Shown: in pieces, positions 11,332 through 21,543 of the stretch | How positions within the stretch are numbered: the stretch's first letter is position 1 | Layout of the letters: each line of letters begins with the position of its first letter | From: Candidatus Tharpella sp. | GTDB taxonomy: Bacteria; Desulfobacterota; Anaeroferrophillalia; Anaeroferrophillales; Tharpellaceae | Assembly: GCA_021161425.1 (NCBI GenBank) | Contig: JAGHAQ010000006.1 | Coordinates: forward strand, 11,142-75,141 | Direction: 5' to 3' | Length of the DNA: 64,000 nt | Position numbers and translations under genes: made by a program | The notes under the pieces: generated by a model | What the model saw: only the letters and a program-made list of their open reading frames with translations | Database searches by the model: none | What the model was told of the DNA's origin: nothing

Positions 11332-12834
11332 TTACTCCTCTGGTTCCGCCGGCGTTGCAGTCTCTTTATCAAGATCGACATCTTCTACTGCTTCAGTTTC
11401 CGCAACGGGTTGGTCACCCTCTGCTTCAGCACCCTCTTCTGCCTGGTCATCACTGACCTCAACCGGGACTGCGTCCGCTTCTTCTAAATTATCAGCTGCA
11501 GCCTCCAACGTCGGGCTCTCTTCACCTGATTCCGCGTCACTCTCGGTATCCTGATCCGAGGCATCCTGATCCGGAGGTGGATTTTCAGCAGCTTCTTTAA
11601 GGGCATGGTAAACGGTTAGCGCACGTTCGATCAATTCTACAGGATCGACCCCTTCGGTACCGATGATATCACTAAGCTCAGCTACTGAACTACCGGCAAT
11701 ATCCTCTATTTTACGAAAACCGTTATCATAAAGCAGCTCCATGGCCGTATTATTAAAACCTTCAAGGTCGGCAAGCGGAGAAAAGAGCTGGTCAAAATCA
11801 CTCGCCACTCTTGATGCCGACTTGACATCAAGTTTCCAGCCTGTCAGCTTAGCCGCTAAACGCACATTGAGACCCCGACGACCGATCGCTAAAGAGAGCT
11901 GTTCATCAAGAACAACAATCTCCATCATATGTCTCTCTTCATCGAGAATGATCTTGTTGATCTCCGCCGGAGAGATAGCATTACAGACATAACGAACCGG
12001 ATCCGGATTCCAGCGAATAATATCGATCTTTTCGCCTTTAAGCTCCTGAACCACGTTCTGAACCCGCGAGCCCCGTACTCCAACACAGGCACCGACCGGA
12101 TCAACATCGTGATCATTGGTCGAGACCGCAATCTTGGACCTGAGACCGGGTTCACGGGTGGCTCCCATAATCTTGATCACCCCTTCAAAGATCTCCGGTA
12201 CTTCAACCTCAAAGAGCCTGATCAGAAAACCCGGATGGGTCCGTGAAAGCACAATCTTCGGCCCCTTGACGGTAATCTCAACCTTCAATAGATAGGCACG
12301 AACCCGTTCACCCTGACGAAAATTCTCACGGGGAATAGTTTCAGAACGGGGCAAGATAGCTTCGGTAGTGCCCAGGTTAACGATCAGGTTACCGCGCTCA
12401 ACACGCTGCACCGAGCCGCTGACAATCTCCCCAACCTTTTCGTGATACTCCTCGTAAATACTCTCGCGCTCAGCTTCCCGAATTTTCTGCATGATGACCT
12501 GTTTCGCGGTTTGAGCCGCTATTCGGCCAAAATCATCGGTTTCCAGCTTCAGACCCAGACTGTCACCAACCTCGGCCTCAGGATCAATCTCTAAAGCTTC
12601 ATGCAAAGTGATCTGATAATAGGAGTTTTCTACTTCTTCGACAACTTCGACGAATTCGAAGAGCTCGATCTCCCCGGATTCCTCATCGTAAGAGGCCTCG
12701 ATTTCACGAGCCGCACCAAGTTTTTTCTTGGATGCGGTTACCATTGCCGACTCAATTGCCTCAATCAGGATCTCTTTTGGAATATTTTTCTCTTTACTGA
12801 CCTGATCTAATATAAAGTTCAAACTTGAGGACAT
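11332..12834 (-). CDS. nusA: Transcription termination/antitermination factor NusA
   Basis: An N-terminal domain, S1 domain and two KH domains are present (…VLDEQLSLAIGRRGLNVRLAAKLTGWKLDV…). The long acidic C-terminal tail is D/E-rich. Confidence 0.97.
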   Translation of the reverse strand: MSSSLNFILDQVSKEKNIPKEILIEAIESAMVTASKKKLGAAREIEASYDEESGEIELFEFVEVVEEVENSYYQITLHEALEIDPEAEVGDSLGLKLETDDFGRIAAQTAKQVIMQKIREAERESIYEEYHEKVGEIVSGSVQRVERGNLIVNLGTTEAILPRSETIPRENFRQGERVRAYLLKVEITVKGPKIVLSRTHPGFLIRLFEVEVPEIFEGVIKIMGATREPGLRSKIAVSTNDHDVDPVGACVGVRGSRVQNVVQELKGEKIDIIRWNPDPVRYVCNAISPAEINKIILDEERHMMEIVVLDEQLSLAIGRRGLNVRLAAKLTGWKLDVKSASRVASDFDQLFSPLADLEGFNNTAMELLYDNGFRKIEDIAGSSVAELSDIIGTEGVDPVELIERALTVYHALKEAAENPPPDQDASDQDTESDAESGEESPTLEAAADNLEEADAVPVEVSDDQAEEGAEAEGDQPVAETEAVEDVDLDKETATPAEPEE

Positions 12835-12913
12835 AACCTTAAATATCTCTCCCTAATATGAGAAATTAATGCTCAATAAGGATCATTAACTGTTAAAAAA
12901 TTTATTAACTCTA

Positions 12914-13423
12914 TTATTTATTGAAGTCGTAAACCAGATTACACTTGGAGGTTTCATCCAGCGGTACGATAAAAGTTTCACCAACAACATCAATGGTCAC
13001 CGTCAGAGGGTTTTCCTGACAATCAAGCAGAACCCCCTTAAAACGCCGGCGGCCATTAAGCGGCTTGAGCAGTGTCACTTTAATAGTCTCCCCGAGACGG
13101 GTCTGGAAATCCTTCGGGCGACTTAAACGACGATTCAAACCCGGCGATGATATCTCAAGATTGTAACGGCCCGGGATCGGATCCTCGACATCGAGCAAGG
13201 CCCCGAGCATCCGACTGACATGGGTGCAATCATCGAGATTGACCCCCCCTTCCCGGTCGATATAGAGACGGAGAAGAGCGCTGTCTTCGCCCTGACCAAA
13301 ATCCAGATCTACCAGCTCATAGCCCAGATTCAAGAGCAGGTCATCAGCCAGAGCCTGAACCCGAACCCGCCAGTCTTCATGTGTTGCCAGCTCTGATGCC
13401 ATCGCTAAAAATCGCTCTTTCAA
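12914..13423 (-). CDS. rimP: Ribosome maturation factor RimP
   Basis: The protein lies directly upstream of nusA and matches the RimP fold (…LVDLDFGQGEDSALLRLYIDREGGVNLDDCTHVSRML…). The start is ambiguous: TTG at the ORF start, or ATG at Met8 (about 13402). Confidence 0.85.
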   Translation of the reverse strand: MKERFLAMASELATHEDWRVRVQALADDLLLNLGYELVDLDFGQGEDSALLRLYIDREGGVNLDDCTHVSRMLGALLDVEDPIPGRYNLEISSPGLNRRLSRPKDFQTRLGETIKVTLLKPLNGRRRFKGVLLDCQENPLTVTIDVVGETFIVPLDETSKCNLVYDFNK

Positions 13424-13430
13424 AAAAGAG

Positions 13431-13467
13431 TCAATATAAAAAAAGTGGGCCCCTGTAAGAGCCCACT
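13431..13467 (-). terminator. Rho-independent terminator ending the hfq-to-AMMECR1 gene string, upstream of rimP
   Basis: On the minus strand the hairpin AGTGGGCtcttacagggGCCCACT is followed by TTTTTATAT. The coordinates are approximate. Confidence 0.5.
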
Positions 13468-13585
13468 TGCAAAAAAGCCGTCACCGGCCAGAGAAATTTT
13501 CGCAAACCGGAGCCCTTCTACCATCCCAAAAAACAAAATGCAAGCTTTTTTGAAGAGACCCGCAGCTTAAACATCAACCCGGCCT

Positions 13586-14146
13586 TCAAAAAATGTCGGC
13601 TGAAAAGATATAGAGTCGGGTTCCGGAACGGCGCCAACAATCGGCCGCCAAACCGGCCTTATTACAGGTATGGGCCAAAAACTCCTCGCGGCTCCAGCCG
13701 TACTCAACCGCCACCTGAGGCAGGAGAAGGCCGGAAGCGTTTGCATGACGAATCATGAGACCGTGTTTGCCAACCTCAACAATATCGGGATCATCAATCT
13801 CACACAAAGGCGTCAAAACCGAAAGCTCAACCTCGATCTCCGGCCACTCCTGAGCTCGAAGTTCAGGAAAACGAGGATCATTGAAAGCCGCCGCCAGAGC
13901 CATTTCTCGAATTGTCTGATAAAGCGGTTTATAAGCTTCAATATAACCGATACAACCTCTTAACTCACCATTTTTTTTCAGGGTCACAAAAGCCCCCCGT
14001 TTTTCCCTGAGTACCGCACTTTCCGGCACCTCTTCGGGCGCTTCACATCCCTCCAGCCGAGCTTTGATAACTGCGACCACCAGATCATGCAGATACTCCT
14101 TCTCATGCGAAGTGAGGCCAAAATCAACAATTTCCTGATTCATCAT
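13586..14146 (-). CDS. AmmeMemoRadiSam system protein A (AMMECR1 domain)
   Basis: KRGAFVTLKKNGELRGCIGYIE is the AMMECR1 signature. The length is about 186 aa. Confidence 0.85.
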   Translation of the reverse strand: MMNQEIVDFGLTSHEKEYLHDLVVAVIKARLEGCEAPEEVPESAVLREKRGAFVTLKKNGELRGCIGYIEAYKPLYQTIREMALAAAFNDPRFPELRAQEWPEIEVELSVLTPLCEIDDPDIVEVGKHGLMIRHANASGLLLPQVAVEYGWSREEFLAHTCNKAGLAADCWRRSGTRLYIFSADIF

Positions 14147-14199
14147 ATAAACTCCTAAAACCAGATGCAGTGGCAGTACATTCCTGCAAACAGCACAGA

Positions 14200-15042
14200 T
14201 TAACTAAAAAATGCAGCCGACATATAACCAACCACTCGACTATAATCCCCGCAGACCTCACCGGAATGACGGTAGGTAAGAATTTGGGCCCGATCGGCAC
14301 CAATTTTTTGCGCCGCCAGCATCACACTGAGCAGAGGACCGGCACCGCAGGCTTCGGCTCGATGATTTTCGATCAAAGACCAGAAAGCAACCGGATCAAA
14401 GGCAGCGACAGCCTCAACAATCCTTCGGTCAAGCTGATCTGCTTTGACCGCGCTATGGAAATGCGAGAGATCGGTGCTGGCGATCAGCAAAAGACGACGG
14501 CTGGTCGCCAGTCCAGCCATAATTTCGGCCAATTTCAGAGCTTGGGACCAGCCCTGCTGGCCCATAATCATCGGCAACAGGGTAAAGTCGCCGAGTGCGA
14601 CCTGTAAAAAGGGAAGCTGAACCTCCAGTGAGTGTTCAAAACGATGAGCTTCAGGGATAAAATCGATCTCCGGATATTTGATGATAAGCTCGGCGGCCAG
14701 CTCACGGTCAACTTCGACCTCGCCCAACGGGGTCATGTAATTGCCGGCACTATAGATGGAGACACCTGCAAAATAGTGGTGGTGAGTGGGGGCCACAACG
14801 ACCACCAGATCGAAGTTCTGCCCCTCTATGAGTCGATAGGCATCGGCTGCGACCGCTCCGGAAAAAGAGTAGCCTGCATGTGGCACCACCAGAGCCAAAG
14901 GCTCCGAATTCTCAATGACAGAAGCTTTGGCTTGAGCCAGATAACCTTCGATCTCACGTCGCAAGATAACTGGGTCATCACTATAGAATGTGCCGGCCAC
15001 CGCCGGCGGACGCAAAATTGATCCACTCATACAACCCTCCAT
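14200..15042 (-). CDS. AmmeMemoRadiSam system protein B (MEMO1-like)
   Basis: PAVAGTFYSDDP and LVVPHAGYSFSG are MEMO family motifs, and …LIASTDLSHFH follows. It lies 54 nt upstream of the AMMECR1 gene. Confidence 0.85.
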   Translation of the reverse strand: MEGCMSGSILRPPAVAGTFYSDDPVILRREIEGYLAQAKASVIENSEPLALVVPHAGYSFSGAVAADAYRLIEGQNFDLVVVVAPTHHHYFAGVSIYSAGNYMTPLGEVEVDRELAAELIIKYPEIDFIPEAHRFEHSLEVQLPFLQVALGDFTLLPMIMGQQGWSQALKLAEIMAGLATSRRLLLIASTDLSHFHSAVKADQLDRRIVEAVAAFDPVAFWSLIENHRAEACGAGPLLSVMLAAQKIGADRAQILTYRHSGEVCGDYSRVVGYMSAAFFS

Positions 15043-15093
15043 CTGACAAGATTAAAGACTGATGAACTCGTATTTGGTTTTTAAATATACGAC

Positions 15094-15555
15094 CTACCCC
15101 AATCGGGCTCCCAGTAAACTGCAATACAGTTTAAGAAGACGTCTCTCCTCATCATTAAAGGGAGCGGTCTTCAGATTACGCAAAAACAACAGGACGCCAA
15201 GTGCTTCAGGCGAATATTTATTTTTAAGCGGCAGTGCCAGAACCCGGCCCGGAGACCAGAACTCGACTTCAAAGTCAACGCCCAAAGCCTCCTCGGGCGG
15301 TCTTCCTGAAGTCGCAGGCTCGCCACTGATAAAAACCTGACTGACAATATTCTCATGGCCTGTCGCCAACGCCTTACGGCCAAGAATCTCGGCCATTTTG
15401 CCACTCCCGAAACAGAACCCGGGAGCCAGTCCCAAACCGTTAGAACCCGGCAGATAGAGGATCAAAAGCTCCAGCCCCAGCGCGGGAAAGAGCTGGGCGG
15501 CCGAGGCCTCGACATAAGCGGAAAGAACGCAACACACTGCGCTCCTTACCGGCAA
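15094..15555 (-). CDS. Small GAF-domain protein
   Basis: The C-terminal half (VLALPLKNKYSPEALGVLLFLRNLKTAPFNDEERRLLKLYCSLLGARL) matches the GAF consensus. The ORF-track start is TTG. An alternative start overlaps the kinase stop, so the 5' end is uncertain. Confidence 0.5.
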   Translation of the reverse strand: MPVRSAVCCVLSAYVEASAAQLFPALGLELLILYLPGSNGLGLAPGFCFGSGKMAEILGRKALATGHENIVSQVFISGEPATSGRPPEEALGVDFEVEFWSPGRVLALPLKNKYSPEALGVLLFLRNLKTAPFNDEERRLLKLYCSLLGARLG

Positions 15556-15582
15556 AGAGAATATGTTTTTGCTCAGTCATGG

Positions 15583-18291
15583 TTATTTGTCCCCTTTTAC
15601 TGGAGTGGAATTCTGCCGCGGCAAAGCAATGGTAAAAGTTGTGCCCTGGCCGATAACCGATTCCACCGTCAGACTACCATTATGTTTGTTGGTAATGATA
15701 TCATAAGAAATATTAAGACCCAGACCGGTACCTTTGCCAACCGGCTTGGTCGTAAAGAAGGGATCAAAGATACGCTCCATATTTTCCGGCATAATTCCGG
15801 GGCCGTTATCGGTAATCCGACAGCGCACCCATTCTTCATCAAAATCGGTAGTAATTTTAATCTGACCAAGTTCCTGGAGTTCCTGCTCTTTGATCGCTTG
15901 GGCGGCGTTGATAATCAGGTTTAAAATGACCTGGTTGACCTCGCCACCACTAGCCATAACCTCGGGCAGTTCAGGATCGAGCTCAAGCTCAACCTCGGCA
16001 CTGTACTTATATTCGTTGAGGGCAACGACAATGGTGCTCTCGATCGCCCGATTAAAGTTGAAACTCTCTTTAACATCCGTCTGATCGATACGAGAAAACT
16101 CCCGCAGTTTGGTAACAATCGAGGTGATCCGCTCAAACCCATCCTTTGATTCACTGAAGAGGTCATCAAGGTCGTCAAGGATAAGTCCGATCTGAAGATT
16201 CCCCTCAAGCTCTGTGGTTTTGGCCAAAGCTTGAGGCCCGCTCTCCGGCAATTGACCAGCAAGTTCGGCAATGGTCTTGCGATAAAGTTCAAGAAGTTCG
16301 ACAAATTTTTTGATATAACCAGTAATACTTTCAAAGTTACTGGCCACTAAAGCGACCGGGGTATCGAGTTCAGAGGCGACCCCGGCAGCCAGCTGACCGA
16401 CCGCTTCGAGGCGCTGAGAGGTTCGCAGCTGGACCTGCATGGCTTTCTCTTTGGTAATATCCCTTTTAACTGCGGCCAGCGAAATGATCTCGCCAAGATC
16501 ATTACGGATCGGAAAGATGACCTCGTCTTCATCAAAAAGGGTACCATCTTTATGTTTATTAACAAAAGTACCGTGCCAAGCGTGCCCCTTATACAGGGTC
16601 TCCCAGAGCTCCTTGTAGAAGCTCTCATCCTGACGACCGCTTTTCAAAATTGAAGGATTTTTGCCGATCGCCTCCGACATCAAATAGCCGGTGCCCTTTT
16701 CAAAGGCCGGGTTGACATACTGAATTATCCCTTCAAGATCGGTTATAACGATACTTTCGGCGGCCTGTTCGATGACCGCACCGAGCTGGGCCGTGCGCCG
16801 GACCATTAACTTGTGACTGGTAAGATCATTGATCACACCGATCAAGCCGGCCGGGCGCCGGTCGCGCTCACGATAAACACTGATCCTGAGTTCAAGATAG
16901 CTTAGTACTCCGGCCTTAGTCTCAAGCTCCACCTCACGGGTTCGCACACCCCCTTTAAGAAAAAGCTGGCAATCATCATCTTGAACAACGCGCAAATATT
17001 CGGCCACCGGAAACTCGGCCCCCGGTTTCCCGCGCAGCTCTTTTTTACTAAAACCGGCAAACTTTTCAAAAGCCAGATTACAGCCCCGATAATCGCCCTG
17101 ACGATCGAGATAGAAAACCGGCATCGGAATCGCATCCAGCAGTTCCTGGGCCAGGTAACTGCGGGCTTTTTCTCGCTCCTCGGCAAGATGGAGATCGGCA
17201 ATCGTCTGCTCCTGCTCCCGCTGCAGGGCCCGAACCCGGCGATTAACCAGAAAGAGACCGATAACAGCAACCATCACCAGCAGAACCAGCAGAACCAGTG
17301 CGATGATAAAGCGGTAGTACTGCTGCCAGATCTGGGCCACACTGACCTCCCCAAGATGCTCATAAGGAGGTAGTTTTAGAGCCTGCAAAAGCTCATGCAC
17401 CGGCTGGTAATTTAAAGCTGTATTCCAGCCCCCGATACGGGTTTTGACGGCGACTGCATCAACCGGCTCCAAAGCAAGCAGAACCATCGCCACCCGGTTG
17501 GCCAGATAATCATTGGTGTGGATCAGTTTGGCCAGCGGCCATTCGGGATAGGCCCTAGTCGAATGGATAAAGGGCAGGTGCACGGGGCCACCGCCATGAT
17601 CATGGATAACCGCCAGTTTTTTGAGCTCAATAAGCCCCTCTTGACTCATTCTTTCCAGGGTTCCGGTCCGCACAACCCCAAAATCGGCTTTACCGGCCAA
17701 AACATCGTAGACAACCTTATCATGTGAACCGGCAAAGATCATACCCGTCAAGTCACGCTCCGGCAAAACCCCCTTCTCCTGCAACTCCAGTAAAAGCGCT
17801 TGCCAGCTTAATGAAGTCGGGTCTGTCGCCACCAGGGAACGCCCCCTGAGCGCCTGTAAATTGTTTAGACAGCCGCGCTCGGCCAAGTGAAACAGGACCC
17901 CGCCGAACTCGCTGCTCAAATGCTCATTCTCTTCTTGAATCAGAGTCAGAATGCAAGAAACTTTATATTTTACTTCAAGATTAATATAGATCGAAGGGTT
18001 GACAAAGATAAAGTCAACCCGCTCTTCGGCGACTGCAGCCTCAACCTGATCAAAGGGGAGCTGGACGATATGAAACCGTTTACCGACAATATGCCCACTA
18101 AGATAGTCGGCCAGCGGCCGCCAGCGTTCGAAACAGGCCTTGGGACTGCGTTTGGCAAGCACCCCGATAAAAACATCATGAGAATCGTGGGTGAAGTTTT
18201 CGGCACCAACCGTCGGCGAAGGCACCAGAACCGGGGCCAGCAATAGAGAAACAAGCACCACAGTGAGAACTTTACAAAACCGACTTTTCAT
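15583..18291 (-). CDS. Sensor histidine kinase with periplasmic phosphonate-binding-protein-like (PhnD/SsuA-like) domain, PAS domains, HisKA and HATPase_c; no receiver
   Basis: The likely start is Met44 ([23 protein letters not shown], a signal/TM segment). A periplasmic PBP-like domain ([24 protein letters not shown]…) is followed by a TM segment ([19 protein letters not shown]). PAS domains, an H-box region and an ATPase domain ([11 protein letters not shown]…GTGLGL) follow. The ORF-track start at 18420 would overlap the RND gene by 46 nt. Confidence 0.85.
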   Translation of the reverse strand: MKSRFCKVLTVVLVSLLLAPVLVPSPTVGAENFTHDSHDVFIGVLAKRSPKACFERWRPLADYLSGHIVGKRFHIVQLPFDQVEAAVAEERVDFIFVNPSIYINLEVKYKVSCILTLIQEENEHLSSEFGGVLFHLAERGCLNNLQALRGRSLVATDPTSLSWQALLLELQEKGVLPERDLTGMIFAGSHDKVVYDVLAGKADFGVVRTGTLERMSQEGLIELKKLAVIHDHGGGPVHLPFIHSTRAYPEWPLAKLIHTNDYLANRVAMVLLALEPVDAVAVKTRIGGWNTALNYQPVHELLQALKLPPYEHLGEVSVAQIWQQYYRFIIALVLLVLLVMVAVIGLFLVNRRVRALQREQEQTIADLHLAEEREKARSYLAQELLDAIPMPVFYLDRQGDYRGCNLAFEKFAGFSKKELRGKPGAEFPVAEYLRVVQDDDCQLFLKGGVRTREVELETKAGVLSYLELRISVYRERDRRPAGLIGVINDLTSHKLMVRRTAQLGAVIEQAAESIVITDLEGIIQYVNPAFEKGTGYLMSEAIGKNPSILKSGRQDESFYKELWETLYKGHAWHGTFVNKHKDGTLFDEDEVIFPIRNDLGEIISLAAVKRDITKEKAMQVQLRTSQRLEAVGQLAAGVASELDTPVALVASNFESITGYIKKFVELLELYRKTIAELAGQLPESGPQALAKTTELEGNLQIGLILDDLDDLFSESKDGFERITSIVTKLREFSRIDQTDVKESFNFNRAIESTIVVALNEYKYSAEVELELDPELPEVMASGGEVNQVILNLIINAAQAIKEQELQELGQIKITTDFDEEWVRCRITDNGPGIMPENMERIFDPFFTTKPVGKGTGLGLNISYDIITNKHNGSLTVESVIGQGTTFTIALPRQNSTPVKGDK

Positions 18292-18374
18292 CCCCATACC
18301 TTCAGATAACTTCATGATAACAGCATAATAACAGCATAATAACAGAGCTCTGCACTTTTTACCAATTTTAGTTC

Positions 18375-21300
18375 TCAGCCCACCCCTCGCCTCTCTTTTA
18401 AGACCATCAGCAAATCCCACTCCAGAGGGACGATAAAGAGAGTGAGAAAGGTTGCCGTACAGAGTCCGGTAACAAAGGTTGAGGCCATGGTTCCCCAGAC
18501 CAGCGAATAGTAGGGAAAACCGATCGCCATCGGCAAAAGACCTAAGGTGGTCGTTAACGTGGTCAAAAGAATCGGCCTTAAGCGGATCCTGATGCCTTCG
18601 CGGATGGCAGCTCGACGATCGCCCAAACGCAAATATGCGCGATTGATAAAATCGATTAAAACCAGAGAGTCGTTGACAACAACCCCGGTAACCCCAACGA
18701 CGGCGATAAAGCTGTTGACGGTAAAGAGCCCCTGAGTCAAAAATTTACCAAAAACCACCCCGATCAGGGCGAAACCAACGGCGGAAAGGATAATAAAAGG
18801 CTGCAGGTAAGATTGAAATTGAAGAGCAAGAATCATATAGATGGCCAAGAGTGCGATAATAAAGGCATAAGCCAGAGAGGTGTAGGAACGTTTAGTGCTC
18901 TCGAACTCACCGGCGAAATCGACCTCGGCCCCGGGATAGTTAGAGGCGATGGTCTTATAATAAGTTTTAATTATCTGAACCACGGCCGGCACCGAGAGGC
19001 GGTTATCGTTTTTAAGATTGGCGGTCAGGGCTACAGCCCGATTAGAGTTGTAACGATTGAGATAGCCGGGTTCGAGATATGACGAGACCTCGACCAGATC
19101 ACCCAGCCTGAGACCTCCGCCGGGACCGGCTAAAACCAATAGTTTCAGGGCATCGGCGGGCTGTTTCAAGTAGTCTGGATCAATTTTCAGCTTGAGATCA
19201 AGATCCTCATCCCGGGCCCTGAATTTCCCCACATAACGACCATCAAGGACGGCCCCGGCAAGGTAGGCAACCTGAGCTTGGTTAAGATTATATTCCGCCG
19301 CTTTTTTTTGATCAACTTTAAGCCGATAGATGCGGCCGGGCTCCCCCTGATTACTGCTGAAATCGGTTAAAGCCTGATCTAAACGTTGATCCCGGCGCAG
19401 AAAATCATCCAATACGGAGGCCAGGCGCTGTACCGATTTTTCATCGGCTCCGACAACCCGAACATTGATATCCTTACCTGCCGGCGGCCCGTCCTTTTCG
19501 GCCCGGACCCGCAACTTCCAGCCCTTTCCAGCCAAAGGCGCAACCTTATGGCGGACATGGTCTAAGAAAAGCATCGGATCGTTATTGTGGTTATCGGGGA
19601 AATCCTGTAGGCGCCGGGCCGGCAGGGTAACCGCGAGATGGCCGACATTATTGCCCCAGACCGGCTGATAATCCTCATTGATATAGAAACCGGCCTGGGC
19701 CGTCACCGAGCGCAGTTCGCCCGAACCGCCAGCCAAGAGAACCTGACTTCCGGCCTTAAGACGTTTAACGGTCTCGTTGAGCGGGGTTGCCGGCGGCCCT
19801 TGAAACTCGACATAATAGAGGGTGTAATCATCGGGAAAGAATTTAACCTTGATAAGTGGTACAATTCCGGTTATCGAAAGATAGAGAATCGTCAACGCCG
19901 CACCGAAAAGAGCGATCACGCCAAACAGAGTCGAGCGACGAAAGCGCAGGGTCAGTGCGACAATATGTTCATTAAAACGCCTGAGCCAGGTCAGCACCAA
20001 ACGTTCTCGCCCACCACCGACATAACTAGAAGAGGTTAGCCTCTTAGCCCCGGGCCAGTCGAGAAAATGGCCCGGCAAGATCACCAGACACTCAAAGAGG
20101 GAAGCTACAATCGCAAAACTTACTGCCTTCGGGATATAGGCAAAGAACTCACCAGTGGAACCGGACATAATCAACATCGGCAAAAAAGCGGCCACGGTCG
20201 TTGAAGTCGCCGCCACCACCGGCCAGGCAACCTCAACCGCACCGTTGAGCACTGCCAACTGCAAGAGCTCACCCTCCTGTAGGTGACGATATATATTCTC
20301 TAAAACAACAATCGCGTCATCAACAATTATCCCGCTGACCAGGACGAAGGCAAATAGAGTGATCTCATTTAATGAATTACCGGTAACGTACATGATGATC
20401 ATCGTACAAAGAAAAGAGAAAGGAATGCCGACCATCGTCAAAAAAGCGTTACGCCAACCCATAAAAAGCCAGACGGAAAGGGTCACCAGAATGATACCGC
20501 AGACCAGGTTAAACCCTAACGTGGTAATCGAGTCATCCAGGTGAATACGTTGGTCCTGGGTCAGGACTACTTCAACCCCTTCTTGCTCTAAACGCTCGGC
20601 AAAACGGTCAACAATTGTCTCGATCTCAGCCACGATTTTTATGGCGCTGCCTTGATCATTTTTTACAATTTTTAGACCGACACTCTCGCGGCCGTTGACA
20701 GCCGAAAGGTAGGGAGGGTCGCGATAGGCGAAACGAGCCTCACTCATAACTTCGGCGAGGGTCACAAAAGCGCCGTCCCCGTCACAACGGATAATGGTTG
20801 AGGCGATATCGGCCCGGCTACGGAATAGTTCATCGACAACAACGATAAACTCACCAGCTTCGTTTTCATAATCACCAGCCGGCAGCGAAAGATTAGCCCC
20901 TTTCAGAGCCGACGCAACATCCTCGTAAGTCAAACCGAGAATTTCAAGCCGCACAGGGTCGATAAAGACATGAAACTCGCGCACAAATTCGCCGGTAATC
21001 TCAACATTTTTGACCCCGGTAATCCGTTTCAGAAAGAGCTTCATCTCCTCGGCCATCAAGGTCAGGGAGTGATTGTCGCGGTTGCCAACCAGATTAACCG
21101 TGACCACCGGCAACCAGTAGCTGACATCAACTTTTTTAAATAGCGGCGGTTCAATGCCCGGCGGCAGGTTCGGCATCGCCCCCAGAACTTTTAAGCGCAG
21201 CTCCTTGTAGAGCTCGTCATAGTCGGTATCGTCGACGAATTTGACGATAAGGCTCGAACGACCCCGATAGGAGGTCGATTTTATGAACTCGACCTCCTCC

Positions 21301-21524
21301 AGATCATCCAGTGACTCCTCGATCTCACGAGTCACCAGGGCTTCAACATCTTTGGGTGAAGCCCCCGGCAAGAAGGTGGTGATCATCACCTTACCCATAT
21401 TAACATTGGGGTAACGCTCGACCGGCAGCTCTAAAAGGGCAACACAGCCAACCACCATCAAGATGAGAAAAAGAAGGTTGACGAGCACCTTCTGGTTAAG
21501 AAAAAATTCAATGAATTTGCGCAT
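18375..21524 (-). CDS. RND family efflux transporter permease (HAE1/AcrB-like)
   Basis: The 1049-aa protein has 12 TM segments and two large periplasmic loops. Its N-terminus MRKFIEFFLNQKVLVNLLFLILMVVG is typical of AcrB/CzcA-type pumps. Confidence 0.93.
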   Translation of the reverse strand: MRKFIEFFLNQKVLVNLLFLILMVVGCVALLELPVERYPNVNMGKVMITTFLPGASPKDVEALVTREIEESLDDLEEVEFIKSTSYRGRSSLIVKFVDDTDYDELYKELRLKVLGAMPNLPPGIEPPLFKKVDVSYWLPVVTVNLVGNRDNHSLTLMAEEMKLFLKRITGVKNVEITGEFVREFHVFIDPVRLEILGLTYEDVASALKGANLSLPAGDYENEAGEFIVVVDELFRSRADIASTIIRCDGDGAFVTLAEVMSEARFAYRDPPYLSAVNGRESVGLKIVKNDQGSAIKIVAEIETIVDRFAERLEQEGVEVVLTQDQRIHLDDSITTLGFNLVCGIILVTLSVWLFMGWRNAFLTMVGIPFSFLCTMIIMYVTGNSLNEITLFAFVLVSGIIVDDAIVVLENIYRHLQEGELLQLAVLNGAVEVAWPVVAATSTTVAAFLPMLIMSGSTGEFFAYIPKAVSFAIVASLFECLVILPGHFLDWPGAKRLTSSSYVGGGRERLVLTWLRRFNEHIVALTLRFRRSTLFGVIALFGAALTILYLSITGIVPLIKVKFFPDDYTLYYVEFQGPPATPLNETVKRLKAGSQVLLAGGSGELRSVTAQAGFYINEDYQPVWGNNVGHLAVTLPARRLQDFPDNHNNDPMLFLDHVRHKVAPLAGKGWKLRVRAEKDGPPAGKDINVRVVGADEKSVQRLASVLDDFLRRDQRLDQALTDFSSNQGEPGRIYRLKVDQKKAAEYNLNQAQVAYLAGAVLDGRYVGKFRARDEDLDLKLKIDPDYLKQPADALKLLVLAGPGGGLRLGDLVEVSSYLEPGYLNRYNSNRAVALTANLKNDNRLSVPAVVQIIKTYYKTIASNYPGAEVDFAGEFESTKRSYTSLAYAFIIALLAIYMILALQFQSYLQPFIILSAVGFALIGVVFGKFLTQGLFTVNSFIAVVGVTGVVVNDSLVLIDFINRAYLRLGDRRAAIREGIRIRLRPILLTTLTTTLGLLPMAIGFPYYSLVWGTMASTFVTGLCTATFLTLFIVPLEWDLLMVLKERRGVG

Positions 21525-21543
21525 AGAAAAAAGTTTTTTCGGT

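Noticed and set aside
11332-11381. 50-nt overlap between nusA and the ylxR-like gene implied by the ORF track
   Set aside because: A GTG start at 11327 with AGGAG at ideal spacing gives a 92-aa YlxR with no overlap. The longer N-terminus (MSILIKRLQRRRNQRSK) is probably not translated.
18375-18420. 46-nt overlap between the RND permease and sensor kinase ORFs
   Set aside because: The kinase more plausibly starts at Met44 (about 18291), where the signal/TM sequence begins. The ORF-track N-terminus (LLCCYYAVIMKLSEGMG) looks non-genuine.
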